From an uncultured Pelagibacteraceae bacterium (GTDB lineage Bacteria; Pseudomonadota; Alphaproteobacteria; Pelagibacterales; Pelagibacteraceae): DNA of 64,000 nt. The position numbers and the translations under genes are program-made. Location of the stretch: contig CACGGB010000003.1 in the NCBI GenBank assembly GCA_902572475.1, positions 10,642-74,641 of the forward strand, read 5' to 3'. The notes below the pieces were generated by a model. That model saw only the letters and a program-made list of their open reading frames with translations. It was not told the origin of the DNA and ran no database searches. Of the stretch, positions 1 to 8,183 are shown in pieces. Every line of letters begins with the position of its first letter. The first letter of the stretch is position 1.

Positions 1-2
1 CA

Positions 3-1745
3 TTAACAGACAGGTATTTAGGTCAAAGCGAAAGTTTTCAAGATTTATTTGCAAGAGTTGCTAGCGTTTACGCTGATGATAATTTACATGCGCAAAGAAT
101 TTACAATTACATAAGCAATTTATGGTTTATGCCTGCTACACCCGTTTTATCTAATGGTGGCACAGAAAGAGGACTGCCAATTTCTTGTTTTTTAAATGAA
201 GCAAGCGATAGTCTTGAAGGAATTACAAATCTTTGGGAAGAAAATGTTTGGCTCGCAGCTCGAGGAGGTGGGATTGGAAGTTATTGGGGGAATCTAAGAT
301 CTATTGGAGAAAAAATAGGAAAAGTTGGAAAAACTTCTGGGATAATTCCGTTCATCAAAGTTATGGACTCTTTAACTTTGGCAATTAGTCAAGGTTCTTT
401 AAGAAGAGGTTCAGCTGCTTGTTATTTACAAATTGACCATCCTGAAATCGAAGAGTTTATCGAAATGAGAAGGCCAACCGGCGGAGATGTGAATAGAAGA
501 TCTCTAAATTTACACCATGGTGTTTTAGTAACAGATGAGTTTATGAGAGCAGTAGAAACAGGTGGTCAATGGGCATTAAGAAGTCCTTATGATGGATCTG
601 TACAACAAACTATACCAGCAAGAAATTTATGGATAAGACTATTGACTGCAAGAATCGAAACAGGTGAGCCCTATATCGTTTACATTGATACAGTTAACAG
701 ACAAATTCCACAGCATCACAAACTTGCCGGGTTAAAAGTCAAAACATCTAATCTTTGCAGTGAAATTACTTTACCAACAGGTATAGATAACGAAGGCAAC
801 CAAAGAACAGCTGTTTGTTGTTTATCTTCACTTAATTTAGATACTTATGATCAGTGGAAAGACGATCCGCAGTTTGTTGAAGACGTAATGAGATTTTTAG
901 ATAATGTTATGACTGATTTTATCAATAGAGCCCCTGATGAATTTGCTCATGCAAAATACTCAGCAATGAGAGAAAGAAGTGTTGGTCTTGGAGTTATGGG
1001 ATTACACTCATACTTCCAGCAAAAAAATATTCCTTTTGGATCAGTAATGAGCAAAGTGTGGAACAAAAAAATATTCCAAAATATTCAAGAAAAAGTTGAT
1101 GAAGCATCAAAGATTTTAGCTGATGAAAGAGGATCATGTCCAGATGCGGCAGAGTATGGAATGAAGGAGAGATTTTCAAATAAAACCGCAATAGCCCCGA
1201 CAGCATCTATATCAATCATTTGCGGTGGATCTTCACCAGGTATAGAACCTATTGCTGCTAACAGCTACACTCATAAAACACTTTCAGGTTCATTTAATGT
1301 TAGAAACAAATACTTAAAGAAGATACTTCAAAAATATAATAAGGATACGGATGAAGTTTGGTCAACAATAACAACCAATCAAGGATCTGTGTCACACCTA
1401 AACTTTTTAACTGCAAATGAAAAAGATACATTTAAGACTGCTTTTGAAATCGATCAAAGATGGATTGTTGAACTTGGTGCAGATAGAACCCCGCACATAT
1501 CACAAGCTCAGTCAGTAAATATCTTTGTTCCAGCAGATATACATAAGAAAGCACTTCACGATATTCATTTTCAAGCATGGAAAAAAGGTTTGAAAAGCCT
1601 TTATTACTGTAGATCCAAATCAATCCAGAGAGCTGAAAATGTGAACAACGGATCTTCAACAGATGTGACAAAAAATGTTTACTCTGGAAAACAAGAATCA
1701 AATAATGAAAACAATAACTATGAGGAGTGTCTATCATGTCAGTAG
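3..1745 (+). CDS. nrdA: Ribonucleoside-diphosphate reductase class Ia alpha subunit (5' end outside window)
   Basis: Frame is open from position 3 (LTDRYLGQSESFQDLFARVA...). Motifs PATP, ISCF, SNLCSE, CCLSSLN, APTAS, SLYY and C-terminal CxxC (EECLSCQ). Confidence 0.97.
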   Translation, partial: LTDRYLGQSESFQDLFARVASVYADDNLHAQRIYNYISNLWFMPATPVLSNGGTERGLPISCFLNEASDSLEGITNLWEENVWLAARGGGIGSYWGNLRSIGEKIGKVGKTSGIIPFIKVMDSLTLAISQGSLRRGSAACYLQIDHPEIEEFIEMRRPTGGDVNRRSLNLHHGVLVTDEFMRAVETGGQWALRSPYDGSVQQTIPARNLWIRLLTARIETGEPYIVYIDTVNRQIPQHHKLAGLKVKTSNLCSEITLPTGIDNEGNQRTAVCCLSSLNLDTYDQWKDDPQFVEDVMRFLDNVMTDFINRAPDEFAHAKYSAMRERSVGLGVMGLHSYFQQKNIPFGSVMSKVWNKKIFQNIQEKVDEASKILADERGSCPDAAEYGMKERFSNKTAIAPTASISIICGGSSPGIEPIAANSYTHKTLSGSFNVRNKYLKKILQKYNKDTDEVWSTITTNQGSVSHLNFLTANEKDTFKTAFEIDQRWIVELGADRTPHISQAQSVNIFVPADIHKKALHDIHFQAWKKGLKSLYYCRSKSIQRAENVNNGSSTDVTKNVYSGKQESNNENNNYEECLSCQ

Positions 1746-2743
1746 CAGAAAAAACTAAACCAACAATAATTCAGCCTAATAAAATGGGCTTATTAGTAGA
1801 GAACCCAGTTTATAAACCATTTAGATATCCATGGTGTTATGACGCCTGGTTAACTCAACAAAGAATTCATTGGCTACCAGAAGAAGTGCCACTAGGAGAC
1901 GATGTAAGAGATTGGCAAAAAAATTTATCAGTTGAAGAAAAAAATCTTTTAACTCACATCTTTAGATTTTTTACCCAAGCAGACGTTGAAGTAAATAACT
2001 GTTACTTAAGGCATTACACAACAGTTTTTAAACCAACAGAAGTTTTAATGATGATGACGGCATTCGCCGCAATGGAAACCGTCCACATCGCTGCTTATTC
2101 TCATCTATTAGATACAATCGGTATGCCAGAGACAGAATATTCAGCATTCTTACAGTATAAGGAAATGAAAGATAAGTATGACTACATGCAAGGTTTTGAT
2201 GTTAAATCAAAACACAATATAGCAATGACAATGGCTGTATTTTCTGCTTTCACAGAAGGTTTACAATTGTTTGCTAGTTTCGCAATTTTATTAAACTTCC
2301 CTAGATTTAATAAAATGAAAGGGATGGGCCAAATAGTAACGTGGTCAGTTAGAGATGAAACTTTGCACTGTAATTCTATGATTAGACTTTTCAGAGATTT
2401 CATTAAAGAAGAACCACAAATTTGGAATGATAAATTAAAAAATGAAATTTATGAAGCATGTAAAACAATCGTTCACCACGAAGATGCATTCATTGATCTT
2501 GCTTTTCAAATGGGTCCAATGCAAGGTTTAACAGCTGAAGAAGTTAAACAGTACATTAGATTTATTGGTAACAGAAGATTAGAGCAATTAGGTTTAAATC
2601 CTATCTACGACGTAAAGAAAAATCCATTAACGTGGTTGGACACTATGCTTAACGGAGTAGAGCACATGAACTTTTTTGAAGGTAGAGCTACAGAATATTC
2701 TAAAGCTTCTACAAAAGGTACATGGGGCGAGGTTTTTGCTTAA
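1736..2743 (+). CDS. nrdB: Ribonucleoside-diphosphate reductase class Ia beta subunit
   Basis: Ferritin-like motifs QADxEV, ExxHxxxY (radical Tyr), TEG, DETLH and NFFE. GAGGAG SD at 1722-1727 favours the ATG at 1736. Confidence 0.96.
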   Translation: MSVAEKTKPTIIQPNKMGLLVENPVYKPFRYPWCYDAWLTQQRIHWLPEEVPLGDDVRDWQKNLSVEEKNLLTHIFRFFTQADVEVNNCYLRHYTTVFKPTEVLMMMTAFAAMETVHIAAYSHLLDTIGMPETEYSAFLQYKEMKDKYDYMQGFDVKSKHNIAMTMAVFSAFTEGLQLFASFAILLNFPRFNKMKGMGQIVTWSVRDETLHCNSMIRLFRDFIKEEPQIWNDKLKNEIYEACKTIVHHEDAFIDLAFQMGPMQGLTAEEVKQYIRFIGNRRLEQLGLNPIYDVKKNPLTWLDTMLNGVEHMNFFEGRATEYSKASTKGTWGEVFA

Positions 2744-2746
2744 AGA

Positions 2747-3469
2747 TTATTTTTCCCAATCAAATTTAGGAAAAGTATCAAACACCTGAAGAACTTTATC
2801 AGACCATTGATTACAAATTTTTTTGTAATCATCATCAGATGTATTTAAACATTTAAGGTAAGATAATTTTGTTTGATCTTTTTTATATACGGCAATATCA
2901 ATCGGCGGGCCTACTGTTAAATCACTTTTGAGCGTGGAGTCCATAGATATTAATGCACATCTAGATGCATCACCTATTGAAACATTAGGAGTTATAACTC
3001 TATCGAGTATGGGCTTCCCATACTTTACTTCACCAATTACCAAATAAGGTTTACTATCTGCTGGCCTAATATAATTTCCTTGAGGATAAACTAAGTACAA
3101 TTCTAAATCTTGACCTCTTATTTGCCCTCCAATAATAAATGTAGCCCCTAAAACAAGGCTGTCAGTGTTCACTCCGTCTGGAGATGAGTGTTTAATAGTA
3201 AGTTTCCCAACATATGAAGCTATTTGCTCAAAATCTTTACATTTATTAAGATTTAAAGCGGAATTTTCTTTAATATCTTTTTCAATGGACTTAAAAACTG
3301 CTTGCGATGTTGCCAAGTTTCCTGAAGTAACTACAACAACTGTTCTATCACCAACATCATAGGTAAGCATTTTAGAATAAATGTTTACATTATCTAAACC
3401 AGCGTTTGTTCTAGAGTCAGAAGCTAACACAACACCTTCATTAGTCTTAATACCTATACAATATGTCAT
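2747..3469 (-). CDS. Anbu (ancestral beta-subunit) proteasome-type Ntn peptidase
   Basis: N-terminus MTYCIG with catalytic Thr1. DSRTNAG, SGNLATSQ, YPQGN, IGExKYGKPILDR and SMDSTLKSDLTVGPP are typical of the Anbu family. Confidence 0.93.
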   Translation of the reverse strand: MTYCIGIKTNEGVVLASDSRTNAGLDNVNIYSKMLTYDVGDRTVVVVTSGNLATSQAVFKSIEKDIKENSALNLNKCKDFEQIASYVGKLTIKHSSPDGVNTDSLVLGATFIIGGQIRGQDLELYLVYPQGNYIRPADSKPYLVIGEVKYGKPILDRVITPNVSIGDASRCALISMDSTLKSDLTVGPPIDIAVYKKDQTKLSYLKCLNTSDDDYKKICNQWSDKVLQVFDTFPKFDWEK

Positions 3470-3574
3470 GGTGAATTCTTATTTAAAAAACAATAAATAT
3501 TCAATTCTTAATTATCATAGCTATTATCGAATTTGTGCATTTGATAAAGGCATCAAACTATTAAGAATTATAAA

Positions 3575-5017
3575 ATGGTTAATTTGTGGAAAAAATACGA
3601 TTCTAAAAAAACTTATGACGAGTACTTAAACTCTGACCATAAGTTGCGTAGGCAAGCTGTTATTATCTCTCACATTTTAGAGAGACATGGCATCAAGAAG
3701 TTAAATGAAATTGAAAAGAACTGCGCAAGTACAATAAATGCTAGGGGAATTAATTTTCGAGTTTATTCATCAGGAAAAAAACTCCAGGAAAAAAAGTGGC
3801 CTTTAGATATTATTCCTAGAATTATTCTAAAAAAAGATTGGGCTAAGGTTTCAAAAGGACTACTTCAAAGGGTAAAAGCTCTTAACCTTTTTATAGACGA
3901 TGTTTACAACGACAGAAAAATTTTTAAAGACAATATTATTCCTGAAGATTTAGTTTTTAATTCTCCATTTTATTTAAGAGAGTGCTATGGTTTTTCACCA
4001 AAATATAAAGCTTGGTCTAACATTTCAGGAATTGATTTAATAAGAAATATCAATGGTGAGTTCATGGTTCTAGAAGACAATTTAAGAGTTCCTTCAGGAG
4101 TTTCTTATATGCTTGAAAATCGAATGGTGATGAGAGATGTTTTTCCTGAATTATTTACTAAATATAAAGTTTCTTCAGTTCATCAATATCCAAATAAATT
4201 ATATCACTGCATGCTTGAATGTGTCCCTCGAAAAACAAGAAACCCACACATGTGTGTGTTAACTCCAGGAAGATATAACTCAGCTTATTTCGAACATAGA
4301 TTTTTAGCTGAACAAATGGGTATCGCGCTTGTAGAGGGGAAAGATTTATTCGTTGAAAAAGATTTTGTTTATATGAAAACTGTAACAGGCCCTATGAAAG
4401 TTGATTGTATTTATAGAAGAATAGACGACAACTTCTTAGATCCAAAAGTTTTTTATAAACATTCTTTACTAGGAGTTCCTGGTTTATTTAAATGTTGGCG
4501 TAAAGGTAATGTTGGTATTGTAAATGCACCTGGGACAGGAATAGCAGATGATAAAGCTATCTATTCTTATGTTGATAAAATGATTAAATTTTATTTAGAC
4601 GAAGAACCAAAACTAAAACAAGTAAAAACATTTTTATGTAGAAAAAAAATCCATAAAGATCATGTTATCGAAAATATCTCTAAATTAGTTGTAAAACCTA
4701 CCAATGGATCAGGTGGTAATGGAATATTAATTGGTCCTAAAGCTTCAAAAGAAGAAAGAGAAAATATGATAGATAAAATTAAAGCTAAACCTTGCGATTA
4801 TATTGCACAACCATTAGAAATTTTATCTACTAATCCAACAATTTCTGAAGAGGGAATTGAACCTAGACATTTAGATTTAAGACCATTTGTATTAACTGGT
4901 AAAAAATCTTGGGTAACAACAGGCGGGCTAACCAGAGTTGCTTTGAAAAAAGGAAGCACAATCGTTAATAGTTCTCAAGGCGGTGGCTCTAAAGATACTT
5001 TAGTTATTGAAAGATAA
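3575..5017 (+). CDS. Circularly permuted type 2 ATP-grasp ligase (DUF404/DUF407-type)
   Basis: Motifs LEDNLRVPSGVSY, LTPGRYNSAYFEH, IYRRIDD..LDP, NAPGTGIADDK, LVVKP..GSGG, DLRPF and GLTRVAL...VNSSQGGGSKD. Confidence 0.93.
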   Translation: MVNLWKKYDSKKTYDEYLNSDHKLRRQAVIISHILERHGIKKLNEIEKNCASTINARGINFRVYSSGKKLQEKKWPLDIIPRIILKKDWAKVSKGLLQRVKALNLFIDDVYNDRKIFKDNIIPEDLVFNSPFYLRECYGFSPKYKAWSNISGIDLIRNINGEFMVLEDNLRVPSGVSYMLENRMVMRDVFPELFTKYKVSSVHQYPNKLYHCMLECVPRKTRNPHMCVLTPGRYNSAYFEHRFLAEQMGIALVEGKDLFVEKDFVYMKTVTGPMKVDCIYRRIDDNFLDPKVFYKHSLLGVPGLFKCWRKGNVGIVNAPGTGIADDKAIYSYVDKMIKFYLDEEPKLKQVKTFLCRKKIHKDHVIENISKLVVKPTNGSGGNGILIGPKASKEERENMIDKIKAKPCDYIAQPLEILSTNPTISEEGIEPRHLDLRPFVLTGKKSWVTTGGLTRVALKKGSTIVNSSQGGGSKDTLVIER

Positions 5018-5022
5018 ATTTC

Positions 5023-6027
5023 TTAACAACCTTTAAATGAAGCGTACATACTCTGTAAAAGTTCAGAGTACATACCTTTACCTTTATCTAAAGTTGCACC
5101 AAGAGGATCTAAAACACCAGTTTTAATTTTAGTGTCTTTTGCTATAGATTTTATGATAGCTGGGTTGAATTGAGGTTCTGAAAAAAGACAATTTACTTTC
5201 TCATGTTCTATTACCTCTCTTATTTCAGATAATTGTTCTGCCCCTGGTAAAACATCTGGATTTACTGTCAAAGCTCCTAAAACCTTAATACCAAATCTAT
5301 TTTCAAAATATTGGTAAGCATCATGGAAAACTACAAATCTAAGATTTCCTTTTAGATCTCTTTTAATATTTTTTGTTAAATTATCTAATTCAGACTGAGC
5401 TTTTTTAGAATTAGCTTTATATTTTGAGCTGTTTTCAGGATCTAATTTAACTAATTGTTTTTCAATTTCTTTCACAATCACCTTAGCATTCATTGGATCT
5501 AACCAAACATGTGGATCATGTTCACCGTGAGCATGTTTATCATGTCCGTGGTCATCATGTTTTGCTTTTTTATGACCATGATCATCATGTTTTGCTTTTT
5601 TATGACCATGATCATCATGTTTTTTTTCCTTATGTCCATGTCCGTGATCATCATGACCTTCAAATATATTTTTTTCTCTAAATTTAAGTTTTTTAATTCC
5701 ACTTAAGTCCATTATTTCTATGTTCACTGCTTTTTTTGAAATTGTATTTAACGGTTTTTCTAAGAAGGCCTCTAAATCTTCACCAACCCAAATTATTAGA
5801 TCTGCATTTTCAATCATTTTTGCATGAGAGGGTTTTAAAGTAAATCCATGGGGAGAATTGTAACCATCAACTATTAAATCAGGTTTGCCTACACCATCCA
5901 TAACGTAACTAACCAAGGAATGTATTGGCTTAATTGATGCAACAACTTTCACCTCAGCTTTAGATATTGAAAGAGTTGCTAAAAGTGCAATGAATACAAA
6001 TGAAATTAATTTAAGTATTTTATTCAT
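5023..6027 (-). CDS. znuA: Zinc ABC transporter substrate-binding protein
   Basis: Signal peptide, ASIKP, SPH, His-rich loop, DPHVWLDP, FHDAYQYF and EPQF. Divergent from znuCB. Confidence 0.95.
   Translation of the reverse strand: MNKILKLISFVFIALLATLSISKAEVKVVASIKPIHSLVSYVMDGVGKPDLIVDGYNSPHGFTLKPSHAKMIENADLIIWVGEDLEAFLEKPLNTISKKAVNIEIMDLSGIKKLKFREKNIFEGHDDHGHGHKEKKHDDHGHKKAKHDDHGHKKAKHDDHGHDKHAHGEHDPHVWLDPMNAKVIVKEIEKQLVKLDPENSSKYKANSKKAQSELDNLTKNIKRDLKGNLRFVVFHDAYQYFENRFGIKVLGALTVNPDVLPGAEQLSEIREVIEHEKVNCLFSEPQFNPAIIKSIAKDTKIKTGVLDPLGATLDKGKGMYSELLQSMYASFKGC
5551..5640 (-). repeat. 30-bp tandem repeat (x3) encoding the His-rich loop of ZnuA
   Basis: Unit (g/a)tcatcatgttttgcttttttatgaccatg at 5551, 5581 and 5611 (third copy degenerate). 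Encodes HGHKKAKHDD-type repeats. Confidence 0.9.
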
Positions 6028-6031
6028 AATA

Positions 6032-6064
6032 TGTTATAAAGTAACAGAGTGTTATAATATAACA
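6032..6064. promoter_or_regulatory. Two tandem Zur boxes in the znuA/znuC divergent promoter
   Basis: TGTTATAAAGTAACA (6032-6046) and palindromic TGTTATAATATAACA (6050-6064) match the proteobacterial Zur 7-1-7 motif. zur is in the same locus. Confidence 0.85.
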
Positions 6065-6088
6065 TTAAATATTGCAAGGATTAAAATT

Positions 6089-6841
6089 GTGAATAAAATA
6101 AATTCAGAGACTCTAATTAAAGTAGACAATGTGGGTCTATTCAAAAACGATAAATGGCTCGTAAAGGGAGTTTCCTTAGAAGTCAAAAGGGGAGAAATCG
6201 TTACATTAATTGGACCTAATGGTTCAGGAAAAACTACAACAGCAAAAATCGCTCTTGGTATTTATAAGAACATCGAAGGAAAAGTTTTAAGATTTACTGA
6301 AAAAGTTGGATATGTCCCTCAAAAAATCTCTATCGATTGGACATTACCAATTAGAGTAGTTGATTTTATGTTACTCACACAAAATCTAAGCGATGAGGAA
6401 ATAATAAATGCTTTAAAATTAACTGGAGTTGAACATCTTAAAAATAATAATTTAAGCAATTTATCTGGAGGAGAATTTCAAAGAGTTTTAATTGCAAGAG
6501 CTATTGCAAAAAATCCAGATCTTTTAGTGTTGGATGAGCCAGTTCAAGGTGTAGATTTTAAAGGTGAGATCTCTCTTTACGAATTGATTAAAGAAATCTC
6601 AGATAAAGTTAATTGCGGAATTCTATTAATATCTCATGACTTACATGTCGTTATGTCTTCTACAGATTACGTTGTTTGTCTCAATGGCCACGTTTGTTGC
6701 TCTGGAACACCTCAATCTGTAGCTAACAATAATAAATATCAAGAACTGTTTGGAGACCGTGCTTCAACAATTTTATCTGTATACGAACACAAACATGATC
6801 ATACCCACTCACCTGATGGAACAATAAAAAGGAAACAATAG
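6089..6841 (+). CDS. znuC: Zinc ABC transporter ATP-binding protein
   Basis: Walker A GPNGSGKT, GYVPQ, LSGGEFQR, LDEP and His-rich C-tail. GTG at 6089 with AAGGA SD is preferred over 5990. Confidence 0.94.
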   Translation: MNKINSETLIKVDNVGLFKNDKWLVKGVSLEVKRGEIVTLIGPNGSGKTTTAKIALGIYKNIEGKVLRFTEKVGYVPQKISIDWTLPIRVVDFMLLTQNLSDEEIINALKLTGVEHLKNNNLSNLSGGEFQRVLIARAIAKNPDLLVLDEPVQGVDFKGEISLYELIKEISDKVNCGILLISHDLHVVMSSTDYVVCLNGHVCCSGTPQSVANNNKYQELFGDRASTILSVYEHKHDHTHSPDGTIKRKQ

Positions 6842-7645
6842 ATGTTTGATGATTTTTTTATAAGAGCTTTAATTGCTGGTATTGGAATTGCGTTAGTTAC
6901 TGGACCTCTTGGATGCTTTATAATTTGGAGAAGATTATCTTTTTTTGGTGATACATTATCTCACTCCGCACTTCTTGGGGTAACTATAGCTTTCTTTTTT
7001 GAATTAAACATAGCATTTTCAGTTTTTTTAATTTCATCAGCGATCGCACTAATACTTTTAAAACTTCAAAAAACTACAAAACTACCTGGAGACGCATTAC
7101 TAGGTTTATTAGCACATTCATCTCTTGCAGTTGGTTTAGTTGTAATTGGTTTTCTCACCACGATCCGATTTGATATAATGGGACTGTTATTTGGTGACAT
7201 CTTAGCAGTGAATGAGATAGATCTATTAATAATTTGGATCGGGGGAGCACTAATCTTATTAATACTGAAATACATTTGGAAACCATTATTTGCCTCAACT
7301 GTCAATCATGAACTAGCTGAAGCTGAAGGCATGAACCCTGATAAAGTAAATGCAATTTTTACAGTTTTATTAGCAGCGATAATTGCAATATCAATTAAAA
7401 TTGTAGGTCTTCTACTGATAACAGGGATGTTAATTATGCCAGCTGCAATGGCAAGAAACATTTCTAATAATCCAACCCAGATGGTTAAGTTATCAATTAT
7501 AGGAGGTTTATTATCTGTAATAATTGGTTTATTTTCATCTTTAGAAATTAATACCCCTTCAGGACCTTCAATAATTACAGCTGCATTAGTTTTATTTTGC
7601 CTTACACTTATTAAGATCAAAAATTATTCTGAATTGAAAAAATGA
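6842..7645 (+). CDS. znuB: Zinc ABC transporter permease
   Basis: GPLGCFIIWRR, GDTLSH, LFGDIL, VGLLLI and PSGPSI. Confidence 0.95.
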   Translation: MFDDFFIRALIAGIGIALVTGPLGCFIIWRRLSFFGDTLSHSALLGVTIAFFFELNIAFSVFLISSAIALILLKLQKTTKLPGDALLGLLAHSSLAVGLVVIGFLTTIRFDIMGLLFGDILAVNEIDLLIIWIGGALILLILKYIWKPLFASTVNHELAEAEGMNPDKVNAIFTVLLAAIIAISIKIVGLLLITGMLIMPAAMARNISNNPTQMVKLSIIGGLLSVIIGLFSSLEINTPSGPSIITAALVLFCLTLIKIKNYSELKK

Positions 7646-7668
7646 TACTAAATTGGTAATTTATAATT

Positions 7669-8061
7669 ATGGCACAAGCACAAATACTTTCTAGAAATCA
7701 ACAAATTGTTTTAGATATTATTGAAAAAGCAAAAGGTCCTTTAAAAGCTTATTCAATACTTTTTAATGTACAAAAAAAAGGAATTAACGCTCCTCAACAA
7801 ATTTACCGAGCTTTAGATAAGTTGATTGAAATGGGCAAAATTCATAAAATAGAAAGCAAAAATGCTTTTGTTGCATGCAGGAGTTCAGATTGTGAAATTT
7901 CTAAAGCAACTGCGTTTTCGATTTGTGAAAGTTGTGAAATGGTAGATGAAATCAGTGATACAAAACTTTCAAAATATTTATCTAGTTTTAACCATAAAAA
8001 AGGAATGAAATTTAAAAGATTTAATTTAGAATTTTTCGGACTGTGCAAAAAGTGCAAATAA
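7669..8061 (+). CDS. zur: Zinc uptake regulator (Fur family)
   Basis: AY..L, IYRALDKL, HKIES.NAF and two CxxC motifs. Lies downstream of znuCB. Confidence 0.9.
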   Translation: MAQAQILSRNQQIVLDIIEKAKGPLKAYSILFNVQKKGINAPQQIYRALDKLIEMGKIHKIESKNAFVACRSSDCEISKATAFSICESCEMVDEISDTKLSKYLSSFNHKKGMKFKRFNLEFFGLCKKCK

Positions 8062-8114
8062 AAAACAAAATAAGCTAATATCAAATATTCTTAAGCATAT
8101 CTTCCATAATTCAC

Positions 8115-8164
8115 TTTTTAGTTGAACTACGGTTACATTTAAAGTTCATACGTGTTACTAAAAA
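8115..8164 (+). promoter_or_regulatory. Structured 5' leader of proX-like gene (candidate cis-regulatory RNA)
   Basis: TTTTTAGT/ACTAAAAA outer stem and TGAACT/AGTTCA inner stem. CATAAT -10-like hexamer at 8105-8110 and AGGAGG SD at 8174-8179. Confidence 0.4.
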
Positions 8165-8183
8165 TTAAGATTTAGGAGGACAT

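Noticed and set aside
3165-3629. Two short plus-strand ORFs that might be a missing alpha-E partner
   Set aside because: They are antisense to Anbu, too short, and lack the ER motifs of alpha-E.
5551-5640. Possible CRISPR-like array
   Set aside because: The repeats are contiguous with no spacers, lie in frame inside znuA, and no cas genes are present.
5493-5706. Three short ORFs with repetitive His/Met-rich translations
   Set aside because: They are alternate-frame or antisense shadows of the znuA His-loop repeat.
5990-6088. N-terminal extension of ZnuC in the ORF track
   Set aside because: It overlaps znuA and the Zur boxes. GTG 6089 with an SD is more plausible. Track starts were similarly corrected for nrdB, prpB, glmU, DAHP synthase, cimA, rplA, rpoB and fusA.
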